DNA from: a virus | Taxonomy: Duplodnaviria > Heunggongvirae > Uroviricota > Caudoviricetes | Virus record (IMG/VR): IMGVR_UViG_2541047951_000008 | Length of the DNA: 45,106 nucleotides | Strand: one strand, 5' to 3' | Shown here: positions 20,034 through 29,232 of the stretch, piece by piece | Numbering within the stretch: position 1 is the stretch's first letter | How the letters are laid out: every line of letters starts with the position of its first letter | Translations under genes and position numbers: made by a program | Notes under the pieces: generated by a model | The model's input: only the letters and a program-made list of their open reading frames with translations | Databases searched by the model: none | What the model was told of the DNA's origin: nothing

Positions 20034-21992
20034 TTACGCCGTACATTTCACCAGACCGCGGTGATCAACTGGCGCGACACCGGCGTCAATACGCACTTTC
20101 GTTGTCACGCCATCCACACTGAAGCCCTCCATCTGATCAATATATGGCGTATCCACACCGTTGAGATAAGCCACTTCAATCGTATCGGAGCCTTTGGACG
20201 CAGCCAGGTAGAAAGTGGTCTGGCTGTTATCATCAAGACGAGGCTCTGCAATAACGGTCGCAAAATCTTTCACCGGGTTAATAATACCGGCGTTAATGTC
20301 AGCCCCCTTGACACTTGAGGAGCGAATGACCTGGTTAGCAACAGACTCCATCGCCGTCGGTACCAGTACGAACGCAGGACGAATATTCAGATGACGCTCC
20401 CCCTCTTTCTGAACGCGCATCAACTGGCGGGCTTTATCCAGCGATGCCACGTCCATTGCAGCGCTCTCCAGTACGTTTGCATGTTTCGCTTTATCGAACA
20501 GACTTACATTATCTGTGGAGATTTTCGGGTTAGACGTCAGAATGGCATAAACCAGATCGGCAATAGTGGATTTCGCCGCACGGCCCAGTTTCATCGGGAC
20601 ATCGGTCAGCATATTCAGATCATCATTGATAATGGCCTGACGGGTGATACTGAACAGCTCGCCATAGGTCGCCAGTGCAATAGTGGCCTGTTTATCTCCG
20701 GTGGTGACGTATTTATATTCCGCCCCTTCACGCACCTTACGCAGAGCACTGAAGCCCCCCATACCCACACGATGGGCAATTTTAAAATCAGACAACTGAC
20801 CTTTCCGCGTCCACTGTTCATAGGTTTCAGGGGCATCTTCCCAGCCCTGCAGAATGGCTTTGTTCGCAACATCCAGCAGAATATTACCGAAGTCAGACGT
20901 ACTGTGTGTGAACGCCGCACCGACCATCTGCATCGGGTTATAACTGGAAACACCAATACCCCGTTCAGTCAGTGACATACGGGCATATTCACGCAGAGTC
21001 ATCCCGTTGTAGACATTATCACGTTCGGTTTTTTCAAATCCGGCACGCGCCATCAGCGCCTGGCGGATCCCGTCCCCCACAAAATTACCGTTACCGGCAT
21101 AAATATGAGCCGGGGTATTTTTATTGGATGGCGTGGACTCGCGCCCCATCTCGTTCAACAGCTTTTCGCGGGCCTGCTCCAGCGAACATTCAGGATCGGC
21201 AAGGCACTGAGCCTGCAGCGTCTGATAACGCCCGCCAAACATGGCAAACAGATCATTAATACCGTTTACACGCGCTTTTTGCTCTGCCAGTACCTGCGCA
21301 CGGATACTGTTTTCATCCAGCACGGGTGCTGCTGCCTGCACTGGCGTCCGGGAGGCTGCAGGTTCATTATCCTGTACGCGTGGAGCACTGTTACGTGGCG
21401 GAGTAATCATGTTTCGAATGGATTCCGGCATCTTTTTAAATTCCTCTGTACGTTTTGACTGAATACATGCCATTGCCTTAACGGCTGGCGTCACCTGATC
21501 AGCAAATCCCTGTGCCAGACATTCGGCACCGGACATCCAGGTCTCATCCGCCAGCATGGCAGCAATTTCATCGGTGGTTTTCCCGGTTTTCTGTGCATAA
21601 GCGGGTAACAGAACCGCCTCAACTTTATCGAGCAGGTCGGCATAGGTGCGCATGTCCTCCGCATCACCGCCCGTAAAGCCAAATGGTTTATGAATCATCA
21701 TGAAGGTGTTTTCCGGCATAATGACCGGGTTTCCCACCATCGCAATGACCGACGCCATTGACGCCGCCACACCGTCGACATAAACGGTAATGGACGCACC
21801 ATGTGTTTTCAGTGCATTAAAAATGGCGATGCCTTCAAAGACATCGCCACCCGGTGAATTGATATGGAGATTAATGTGGGTGATATCGCCCAGTGCATTC
21901 AGATCACTGATAAACTGCTTCGCCGTAACACCCCAGAAACCAATCTCGTCATAAATATAAATATCCGCATCACTCTGGTGACCAGCCTGCAT
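20034..21992 (-). CDS. Prohead protease (ClpP/S49-like) fused to HK97-fold major capsid protein
   Basis: N-terminal region IYIYDEIGFWG...INSPGGDVFEGIAIFNAL...VDGVAASMASVIAMVG is ClpP-like serine protease; long C-terminal capsid-like domain; directly downstream of portal; start chosen at MQAGHQSDADIYIYDEIG (track ORF extends to 22253 into the portal gene). Confidence 0.8.
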   Translation of the reverse strand: MQAGHQSDADIYIYDEIGFWGVTAKQFISDLNALGDITHINLHINSPGGDVFEGIAIFNALKTHGASITVYVDGVAASMASVIAMVGNPVIMPENTFMMIHKPFGFTGGDAEDMRTYADLLDKVEAVLLPAYAQKTGKTTDEIAAMLADETWMSGAECLAQGFADQVTPAVKAMACIQSKRTEEFKKMPESIRNMITPPRNSAPRVQDNEPAASRTPVQAAAPVLDENSIRAQVLAEQKARVNGINDLFAMFGGRYQTLQAQCLADPECSLEQAREKLLNEMGRESTPSNKNTPAHIYAGNGNFVGDGIRQALMARAGFEKTERDNVYNGMTLREYARMSLTERGIGVSSYNPMQMVGAAFTHSTSDFGNILLDVANKAILQGWEDAPETYEQWTRKGQLSDFKIAHRVGMGGFSALRKVREGAEYKYVTTGDKQATIALATYGELFSITRQAIINDDLNMLTDVPMKLGRAAKSTIADLVYAILTSNPKISTDNVSLFDKAKHANVLESAAMDVASLDKARQLMRVQKEGERHLNIRPAFVLVPTAMESVANQVIRSSSVKGADINAGIINPVKDFATVIAEPRLDDNSQTTFYLAASKGSDTIEVAYLNGVDTPYIDQMEGFSVDGVTTKVRIDAGVAPVDHRGLVKCTA

Positions 21993-22005
21993 CCTGAACC
22001 AGGAA

Positions 22006-23514
22006 TTATTCTTCGGACTGGTTGTTGGTGTGCTGCGGCTCCTGTCGTTTCGTTGCGGCACTGCTGCCTCCTTTATCACTGGCCGGATCGGTATCAAATA
22101 CCAGATCCAGCTTGCGGTTTTCATCAATTTCGGCCTTGCGCCGACGTTTGACATCATCCGGATTACGACCACCAGCACGTACCCAGTCTGATTCTGTCGC
22201 CGCTCCACCACGAATCTGGATTTTCCAGGCCTCAGCCTCCTTAACAGGGTCAATCCACGGCATCACCGGTCCGGAATACACCGCGGTATACAGTGAAGAA
22301 CGGTCAAGATCGCGGGGTAGCCTGATAACACCGGATGCCACAGCCTGTTTCAGCCAGGCACGGTACATCGGGCGGGTGACGGCACCAATAAACCAGTCCT
22401 GCAGGATCAGGTAGCCATCAGTGGATTCAACCAGCTCCTGACGCTGGGCGCTGTAAGTGCCGTTATAGTTGCGCGCTGTACTGGAAAAACTCAGACGACT
22501 GCCAGCCGCCACGGCACGCAACTGACCATTACGAAAAGTTTCAAGGTTAGGATTGGGACGATCCGACTTCACCATTCCGATTTCTTCGCCGGGTTTCAGA
22601 TCGTCGTAAATAATGCCTGGCTGAATGGTAAGCTCGCGTTCATTCTCCTTGCTGTCATTACCATCCGTTTCATAGCTCTGTCCGTCGCCTTTCCGGATGT
22701 ACATCCCCAGAGCAGCGGCGATCCTTGCTGCAGTCAGCTCAGAATCTTCATACTCTTTCAGGGCGCTGAGGCGGATCAGCACACCGGACAATAAAGACGT
22801 CCCGCGCATCTGGTGCAGACGGCGAACAAATTTAAGATGCAGCATTCGCTCTGCATCCACTTCTTTGGTTTCCATCTGCCGTCCGGATACAGGACGACTT
22901 TTATACACCAGATATTTTTCGGGACGCCCCCAGTCATCAACAAACACGCCCTGATTCAGCCTGTTGCTCTCATCACTGGTCATGGGAATAAAGTCCGGCT
23001 CGAGCGCCTCCAGCCAGAAATGAACACCGGCAGAAGGCGTCAGGCTGTTTATGCGCCCGGAAACCATCTGGGCAAACACCTCACCATCGCGCAGCCAGGT
23101 ACGCAGCATCAGACGTTCCAGCATCGGACGGGTAAACTGCCCGGTGACTTCCGGACTGACAGACCATTCACTCCATCGGGTACGTATCTCCGCTGCCAGG
23201 TCACGGGCAATGGCACCATTGCGTAATACCGGATGTGGCTCGACAATAATCCCGTTTTTCCCCACCACCCGTTCTTCCAGCTTGTCAAATACACCAATGA
23301 CCAGATCGTGGTTGTTATCAAGGTAACGGGCCTGCTCACGTAACGACACGGCCCCGTACTGGCTTAACTGGTCGGCAGTTCGGTTCTCCCGTCGGGCTTT
23401 GTGTGTCCGCGTCGTTTTTACGGCCTCATAAGCTTGGATCACCGCTCGGGAACGCAGCCTTGCCGCTTTCCATCCTGGTGAAAAAACGCCAATCACATCA
23501 TCAAGAATTGCCAT
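22006..23514 (-). CDS. Portal protein
   Basis: About 500 aa between gpW-like gene/terminase and protease-capsid; start ATG overlaps the stop of the upstream gpW-like gene (ATGA). Confidence 0.75.
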   Translation of the reverse strand: MAILDDVIGVFSPGWKAARLRSRAVIQAYEAVKTTRTHKARRENRTADQLSQYGAVSLREQARYLDNNHDLVIGVFDKLEERVVGKNGIIVEPHPVLRNGAIARDLAAEIRTRWSEWSVSPEVTGQFTRPMLERLMLRTWLRDGEVFAQMVSGRINSLTPSAGVHFWLEALEPDFIPMTSDESNRLNQGVFVDDWGRPEKYLVYKSRPVSGRQMETKEVDAERMLHLKFVRRLHQMRGTSLLSGVLIRLSALKEYEDSELTAARIAAALGMYIRKGDGQSYETDGNDSKENERELTIQPGIIYDDLKPGEEIGMVKSDRPNPNLETFRNGQLRAVAAGSRLSFSSTARNYNGTYSAQRQELVESTDGYLILQDWFIGAVTRPMYRAWLKQAVASGVIRLPRDLDRSSLYTAVYSGPVMPWIDPVKEAEAWKIQIRGGAATESDWVRAGGRNPDDVKRRRKAEIDENRKLDLVFDTDPASDKGGSSAATKRQEPQHTNNQSEE

Positions 23515-23732
23515 CAGAACCTCGCCAGCCGGTACCCGGGATGCCCCCGTCGTCGTGTAATCAGAGCCGCAAGGCGGCGCTCCCACTCCTGCCGCCCCTG
23601 CCGGATCTCAGATAAGTTTTCCATGGTCATCTGCTGACCATTAAAAGTGACGGATTTTCCGTCCAGCACTGCCATTTCAGCTTCCGTATAACGCTGAATC
23701 ATGGCTTCAATATCATTCTGATTCATAACCAT
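23514..23732 (-). CDS. Head-tail joining protein gpW-like
   Basis: 72 aa; C-terminal ...RRLAALITRRRGHPGY resembles lambda gpW (...[20 protein letters not shown]); located between terminase large subunit and portal as in lambda. Confidence 0.6.
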   Translation of the reverse strand: MVMNQNDIEAMIQRYTEAEMAVLDGKSVTFNGQQMTMENLSEIRQGRQEWERRLAALITRRRGHPGYRLARF

Positions 23733-25825
23733 CCTCCGGAAGTCAGCCAGGGGTTAACATCGTCAGTTACTGTTTTCTTCCGTTTTTGTTTTTTAACAGG
23801 CGTGGATACCGGTTCCGGTGTGGGTGACGGTTCGGTACTGTCCGGGACACACTCCAGCCAGGTTTCCCGGCTCGCCCACTCCGGTGCATCCGGCCAGCGG
23901 ATCTTTTCGTATCCATGCAGAATGACCAGAGCCTCGGCATACACCATCAGGTCAAAAGCTTCGTTGGCACCGCGACCCGGCTTACTCCATTTCCCGTCAC
24001 TGCTCCGCTCTTCATACGTCAGTTCGTCGTAAAACCAGCTCCCCAGCCAGTCAGGGAAATGCACATAGCCGGGACCTGGCGAGTCACGCCATAACGCGTT
24101 ATTCACCCGGTCTTTCAGGGCATCCGTCTGAAGAAGCCAGAGCGGTACATCACCTGCGGCCTGCGCCCGTCGGCCCGTTCGTCCGGTGTTATCAGGGAAT
24201 GTACGGGTGATCAGTTTTGCGCGCCGGATGCTGTCGCCCTTAAACAGGTAAATACGTTTACCAAGGCCATCACGACGGCAACGACGCCAGAATTTATAGG
24301 CATTATCAGTGACCCCGTCTTCACCGCCGGAGTCCACCGCCATTGCCATCAGTCGCATTTGTTGAGAAGGATCGGAGGCCAGCGGCCAGCTTTTATGAAA
24401 AACATCCGTCAGCAGGACATCCCAGTCTTCCGGATAGCTGGCCGGATCAATTCGCTGGCTCTCCCCGTCGCTGTCACCGCGCAATGACTGCGTGATGTTG
24501 TAACGATCAATAATCCAGCGTTCGCCACGGCTGCCATAGCCCGTTACCTGAACCACAAAACGGCGATGAAGTCCCGCCTGCACATCCACTGTCGCCACAA
24601 GGAAATTAACGCCATCCGGAACACTGCGGGAAGGAACTGGCTCTGCCCGCTGCTCAAGCAATTCACTTTTTCGTTGCTCCATGCTGGCGCGGGGAAGATA
24701 AGGTAATCCCCAGTCGGTATTGATAACCGTCTTGAGTGTCTCTTCACTTCCGGTTGTCTCGTATTCCTGTTCTGCAGTAAGCAGTTTGTAAACGAGTTGC
24801 GAGAGTGTCTGATAAGCAGCTGCCGGCCCCTCCATCCAGAATGACGCAATACGTGAACGCCGGGGATCACCATAACGACTGCCATCTGCATTGATGGATT
24901 CACCATCCCGTAACCAGACCCCACGTCCGTTCAGCTCGCGTTTTTGTTCAGGCAAAATCCGTCCTGAACAGGAAGGACACTGAATATAAGCCGCCTCACT
25001 TGCCAGCACAGGATCGGCAATATCACGGAAACCAGCAACCACATCGCCGCAGGGCTGAAAATACTCACCACAGTGTGGACAGGGCCAGTACCAGCGACGG
25101 CGATCGCCACGGTTATAGAGCGACAGGATCCCCGTGGTTGGTGGAGCCTCATGCGGTGAAGTCCGTCGCCATTTCACATCCTTCACATCCCTGCCGGGGG
25201 AACTCTCCACCAGCGTCATACCACTGGACATAAATGTGGTGGTACGTTTTGAGGCAAGAGAGAAGGCATCCCCCTCACCATCAATATCTTCCGGAAAACG
25301 GTCATAATCCGTCAGCGCCACGCATTTATAATCTGATGAAGACATGATATTGACTGACGGCCAGCCGATTTTCAGGTAGTTGCCAGCAAGGAATGTTCTG
25401 TCATAAACGTTGTTGTCATTTTTGTTCGGACTCAGGCGACTGACCACTTCCGGGCTGACGCGAAACGTTCTGGCGAGTCGTTTTTTGGAGTGTTCGCGGG
25501 CTTTTTCCTCCGTCATCTGAATGATCAGCATATCAGCAGGATCGCAAATCACGTTGTAAATCACCCAGCCGTCAATCAGGCCGATAGTCTTGCCGGTTCG
25601 TGCCGGGCCAACAAATATCACTGCGTCGTATTCACGCGAGGCCAGGCAGTTCATAGGCTCAATAACATACGGTGCCACCAGCGGATCCCACGGGACTGAG
25701 TTCCCTGCCCCCATGGGCACCCGCATATACTGAGCAACGGCATCAGCAACCCGCATTCGTCTCGGTGCGCGAAGGATATAACCTGAATCGGTTCGTGCTG
25801 CCTTTGCGGTTTCCTGATTCAGCAT
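23723..25825 (-). CDS. Terminase large subunit (GpA-like)
   Basis: 700 aa; Walker A-like VGPARTGKT; zinc-finger-like WYWPCPHCGEYFQP comparable to lambda gpA ACPHCGEEQY; head-module position. Confidence 0.9.
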   Translation of the reverse strand: MLNQETAKAARTDSGYILRAPRRMRVADAVAQYMRVPMGAGNSVPWDPLVAPYVIEPMNCLASREYDAVIFVGPARTGKTIGLIDGWVIYNVICDPADMLIIQMTEEKAREHSKKRLARTFRVSPEVVSRLSPNKNDNNVYDRTFLAGNYLKIGWPSVNIMSSSDYKCVALTDYDRFPEDIDGEGDAFSLASKRTTTFMSSGMTLVESSPGRDVKDVKWRRTSPHEAPPTTGILSLYNRGDRRRWYWPCPHCGEYFQPCGDVVAGFRDIADPVLASEAAYIQCPSCSGRILPEQKRELNGRGVWLRDGESINADGSRYGDPRRSRIASFWMEGPAAAYQTLSQLVYKLLTAEQEYETTGSEETLKTVINTDWGLPYLPRASMEQRKSELLEQRAEPVPSRSVPDGVNFLVATVDVQAGLHRRFVVQVTGYGSRGERWIIDRYNITQSLRGDSDGESQRIDPASYPEDWDVLLTDVFHKSWPLASDPSQQMRLMAMAVDSGGEDGVTDNAYKFWRRCRRDGLGKRIYLFKGDSIRRAKLITRTFPDNTGRTGRRAQAAGDVPLWLLQTDALKDRVNNALWRDSPGPGYVHFPDWLGSWFYDELTYEERSSDGKWSKPGRGANEAFDLMVYAEALVILHGYEKIRWPDAPEWASRETWLECVPDSTEPSPTPEPVSTPVKKQKRKKTVTDDVNPWLTSGGWL

Positions 25826-26316
25826 TACTCCTCCTGCTGTAATTCCTCCTCATCATCCGCACCTGCTTCGGTCACCCGCAGGGCTATCTGATCGCGCAGA
25901 TCATCAATAATGGACTGAACACGGCTCACAGCGGCAGGCTGCAGGCCGCAGTCACGTTCCAGAATATCCGGTAATGTCTCCAGCACCTGCACGACCGCTT
26001 TTGCCCAGATGGCAAACTCCCGTCTGACATCACTGGCCGGAATGAGTTGTGCCGTTTCCTGTTCGAACTTAAGACGCTCACGTTCAGACTGATACCAGGC
26101 TTTGCGTTCATGTGGATCCATTTCGCCCTCAGCAACCGGCGGTGGTAACCCCATAAATTCAGTCAGAATATCGGTCAACCGGTATAGCTTGAGTTTGTCA
26201 TGTCCACCAGCGGGACGAATGTTTTTCAGTCTTGCCACGACAGTCTGGCGGTGCAGACCAGATAAAGCCGCCAGTTGATTAATATTCAGCATCAGGTTTT
26301 TCAACTCATGATCCAT
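25825..26316 (-). CDS. Terminase small subunit (Nu1-position, N-terminal HTH)
   Basis: 163 aa immediately upstream of and overlapping (TAATG) the large subunit; HTH-like LNINQLAALSGLHRQTVVARL. Confidence 0.6.
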   Translation of the reverse strand: MDHELKNLMLNINQLAALSGLHRQTVVARLKNIRPAGGHDKLKLYRLTDILTEFMGLPPPVAEGEMDPHERKAWYQSERERLKFEQETAQLIPASDVRREFAIWAKAVVQVLETLPDILERDCGLQPAAVSRVQSIIDDLRDQIALRVTEAGADDEEELQQEE

Positions 26317-26479
26317 ATTTCCTCCGGAGAGCTTTAAACATGCATCGTGCGAACAACTTTAAGAAAACGCGTTCGATGTCGAACAAAAAACACTCAATTC
26401 GACATGCAAAAAACAAATAACCATTAATAATCAATAAGATGCAAAGATGATGGTGGCCAATAAAAATGCAAAAACTAGC

Positions 26480-26540
26480 CTTTTTCCGCGACGCTCCCGC
26501 CCCGTGGCAGGCCCCCCCACCGGGAGGACCCGTCAGCCTG
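26480..26540. other. Candidate cos site (cosN-like GC-rich element upstream of terminase)
   Basis: On the phage strand GGGGCGGGAGCGTCGCGG resembles lambda cosN GGGCGGCGACCTCGCGGG; lies about 185 bp upstream of the small-terminase start, as cosN does relative to Nu1 in lambda. Confidence 0.35.
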
Positions 26541-27056
26541 ACAGCCATAACGAACGTCTGATACAGCCCTTACATGAATGGCATCGGGATAATCCAGAAA
26601 GGAATAGCATCGACCCACAAGAATCTGTGTGAGTGTCCTGTTTCTTCCACCCCCGCACAGGACTGGCGAGCATGAGGGACAACCCCGCGAACCATAACCG
26701 CGCTGATGACAGGACTGGCCCGGCTTGTATTGCTTCCAGCCTTCGCTTTTGTGGCTTTTGCAATAGCCTGACGGATCTGTGGTGGTATTGCGGTAGCCGC
26801 GAACACGGCAGGTTTTTGGGGTTCGTGGGGGCATATGTACTCCAATGAAGAAGCCACCAACATAGCCTCCTCCATTCATCGTGAAACTATTTTCATCTAC
26901 CCAGTAATGAATTCTTTGAAGAGTTGTGATCAATACAACTCGCTAATGGAGAGGCTTGTCTCACACGTGAGACAAGCTTCCTGTTTGATTTACTGGACAG
27001 TATAGGAGGACAGAATGCCTTCCTCACTCGAATAACATCAATTAAGGAGGTTCAAC

Positions 27057-27179
27057 ATGTTTCATTCCACAAGTCATCAGGCTGTAATTATGGCAGCATC
27101 AGTTTGTGCCACAGACCTTTTCCGCTTCACTTTGAGCCTGATTCATTTCTACCTGACCGGCTCGCCTCTATCTTTCTAA
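27057..27179 (+). CDS. Small 40-aa ORF with strong RBS (moron-like, opposite to phage late genes)
   Basis: AAGGAGG 6 nt upstream of ATG; MFHSTSHQAVIMAASVCATDLFRFTLSLIHFYLTGSPLSF; perfect 11-bp-arm palindrome upstream (26953-26976) and hairpin terminator downstream; below the ORF-track length cutoff. Confidence 0.3.
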   Translation: MFHSTSHQAVIMAASVCATDLFRFTLSLIHFYLTGSPLSF

Positions 27180-27299
27180 TCCCCGATTAATCCAAATTTC
27201 ACTGCCATAATGCCGACATTCTCTGCCATTGTTGGCTCCGTTTATCCGTTAAAAGGGATATCAGTTAAGTTATCCCGTGCAGGGTATAAGCCATTATCA

Positions 27300-27326
27300 A
27301 AGCCACTCTGTAGGGAGTGGCTTTTG
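27300..27326 (+). terminator. Terminator-like hairpin downstream of the small ORF
   Basis: AAGCCACTC-TGTAGG-GAGTGGCTT stem-loop followed by TTTTG. Confidence 0.4.
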
Positions 27327-27334
27327 TAATGGCA

Positions 27335-27362
27335 ATAAAAAGCCCCGCGAATGCGAGGCTAA
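27335..27362 (-). terminator. Terminator-like hairpin downstream of Rz/Rz1
   Basis: On minus strand AGCCTCGC-ATT-CGCGGGGCT (one mismatch) followed by TTTTTATT. Confidence 0.35.
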
Positions 27363-27533
27363 ATCCTGGTATTTGTAATGACTGGCTCTTATCTCAACGC
27401 AGCCCCTTACCGCGCGCAAGATGCTCAATATCAAGCATCAGCAATGAGATGTTTAATCTGGATTCACTCCAGAAGTGATCACCATCCTGTCTACAGAGCC
27501 AGATGTGAAGGATGATGAGTAAAATTATCGCTA

Positions 27534-28016
27534 TCATCGAAGGCATTGCGTCCTGATGTATTCCTGAAGCGTTCTCAGTGCTGTTTGGTCGCGGATAATT
27601 CCGTCCCGGATACCGAGAACGTTTCGTCCAGCAACTGGAGAGAGTTCGACGGTGGCATCATTGCCCATGCCGGAGGCGCTGGAGGTTTCGGCTGAGGATG
27701 GCACAGGGCATTTTCCTTTGACGAACACCCGACCACCATTATCAAGCTTGCGCCGAAGAGCATCATTTTTAGCTTTCGCATCAGCTAACTCCTTCGTGTA
27801 TTTAGCATCGAGTGCATCAGCAGCACGCTGGCGCTGCTGCATGTCAGTAATGGTGGCGGTCGCCTGCTTCAGCTCACTGACTTTTTTATCACGCTGTTCT
27901 TTATAGGCGATGGCGTTATCACGGTAATGATTGACCGCCCACGACAGGCAGACGATGATGCAGATAACCAGAGCATAAATAATCGCGGCGACTCTGCTCA
28001 CTGATCTATCCCCCAA
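27534..28016 (-). CDS. Rz: i-spanin Rz
   Basis: ...[38 protein letters not shown]...[19 protein letters not shown] matches lambda Rz; the track start is probably a non-ATG codon and the true start is uncertain. Confidence 0.85.
   Translation of the reverse strand: MGDRSVSRVAAIIYALVICIIVCLSWAVNHYRDNAIAYKEQRDKKVSELKQATATITDMQQRQRAADALDAKYTKELADAKAKNDALRRKLDNGGRVFVKGKCPVPSSAETSSASGMGNDATVELSPVAGRNVLGIRDGIIRDQTALRTLQEYIRTQCLR
27575..27781 (-). CDS. Rz1: o-spanin Rz1 (lipoprotein embedded in +1 frame of Rz)
   Basis: [21 protein letters not shown]...PPAPPAW resembles lambda Rz1 (MLKLKMMLCVMMLPLVVVGCTS...PPPPPAW); lipobox VVGC; wholly embedded within Rz. Confidence 0.75.
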   Translation of the reverse strand: MRKLKMMLFGASLIMVVGCSSKENALCHPQPKPPAPPAWAMMPPSNSLQLLDETFSVSGTELSATKQH

Positions 28017-28531
28017 CAGGCTAATGCGCTTTCCTGGTCACGACGAATAACTTGCCCATAGCAGTTATTTGAACGTATGCGGCAATCGCGCCCACCATCT
28101 TTTATCCACCAACGAATCGCCTCACATGCACCCTTACGATCACCGGCATTCAGCCGCTTATAAAACGTCGACGGGAAACACTTACCAGGGCCAATGTTAT
28201 AGGGACAGAATGACGCGATACCGGCTTTCTGTGGCTCGGTCAGTGGAACTTTTATATTGCGCTCCACCCATGCCAGCGCCTTATCCCGCTCAATGGCGTT
28301 AACCTGGGCGCATTTTTCCTTCGACAGTTTCATTCCCGGAATAACAGGTTTACCGTCCACCATCGTTGCTCCCCGACAGATGGTCCATATGCCGGAGCCA
28401 TCGCGGTATGCAGTGATGTGATTCCCCTCTTTTTCATCCAGAAACTGATCGAGAATGTCAGGCGCGGGCGCACCGACGGCAATCAGTGCCAGAACAGCAG
28501 CCGACAGGCTGTATCTGATTTTTACGTTCAT
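27998..28531 (-). CDS. SAR endolysin (GH24 lysozyme with N-terminal signal-anchor-release domain)
   Basis: N-terminal hydrophobic [13 protein letters not shown] followed by T4-lysozyme-like catalytic region E...D...T ([24 protein letters not shown]); paired with a pinholin upstream. Confidence 0.85.
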   Translation of the reverse strand: MNVKIRYSLSAAVLALIAVGAPAPDILDQFLDEKEGNHITAYRDGSGIWTICRGATMVDGKPVIPGMKLSKEKCAQVNAIERDKALAWVERNIKVPLTEPQKAGIASFCPYNIGPGKCFPSTFYKRLNAGDRKGACEAIRWWIKDGGRDCRIRSNNCYGQVIRRDQESALACWGIDQ

Positions 28532-28594
28532 GGATATTTATCAGGATTTATCGGTTTCTGCCCACGGACAGGTTTATCTGTTCCGGTCAGTGAC

Positions 28595-28945
28595 TTAAGG
28601 TTGTGATTCCGGAGGAGTCTTCAGAGAACCAGTAATTCTTCCCGGTAGCTTTCCTTTGTAGGTTATCCATACATTCTGCGCCTCTAAAATTACGGGGCGC
28701 TTTTCCGGCGACTGCTCATCCCCTTCACATAACCCGGCAGCAACATCCAGGAAGACCTGTCTGATGCTCATTCTGGCTGCTGCCTCATAAAACTCCAGCG
28801 CGGCACCTTCAACACGGTCCAGCGAGATGTCCAGGTCAAAAATTTCACCGTCAAAGCGTTTTTTGTCCCGTAACGCTAAAGTTACCGTAACTTTATTCTC
28901 AAAATTGCGGATCCCTTTCACAATCAGTTCATAGTTTTGAGTCAT
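28595..28945 (-). CDS. Hypothetical 116-aa soluble protein inserted between holin and endolysin
   Basis: ORF on the late strand filling the holin-endolysin gap; no TM segment; function not recognised. Confidence 0.5.
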   Translation of the reverse strand: MTQNYELIVKGIRNFENKVTVTLALRDKKRFDGEIFDLDISLDRVEGAALEFYEAAARMSIRQVFLDVAAGLCEGDEQSPEKRPVILEAQNVWITYKGKLPGRITGSLKTPPESQP

Positions 28946-28949
28946 TGAA

Positions 28950-29165
28950 TTACTCTCCCCGTGCAGCCTTACGCTTGTCTTCTCTGATTTTGAAGTACAG
29001 ATTTGTCAGATAAGTCAGGAAGCCCAGAACCAGACTCCCCAGTACACCAATCGCAGCCCACTGTGACGGACTGACCTGATCAAGCCACTGTAAAAACCAG
29101 TAGCCAGCACTGCCTGCGGAGGTGCCATAGGCGACACCCGTTGTTAACTTATCCATGGATTTCAT
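28950..29165 (-). CDS. Class II pinholin (phage 21 S21-like) with dual-start motif
   Basis: [71 protein letters not shown] is near-identical to S21 pinholin; MKSM gives antiholin/holin dual starts; track ORF extends to 29228. Confidence 0.85.
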   Translation of the reverse strand: MKSMDKLTTGVAYGTSAGSAGYWFLQWLDQVSPSQWAAIGVLGSLVLGFLTYLTNLYFKIREDKRKAARGE

Positions 29166-29232
29166 AACCCCACCTCGCAGATGCGGGTGCTGTGTAATGG
29201 AAATAAAAAGGCCACCTGACGTGGCCACCAGA

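Noticed and set aside
26475-26933. 152-aa minus-strand ORF between the Rz region and terminase
   Set aside because: The track start is not an ATG (ATT on the minus strand), internal Mets lack an RBS, and its 3-prime end runs through the GC-rich cos-like segment; the overlapping ORFs 26533-26763 and 26570-26875 are equally unsupported. A real small gene in this interval cannot be excluded.
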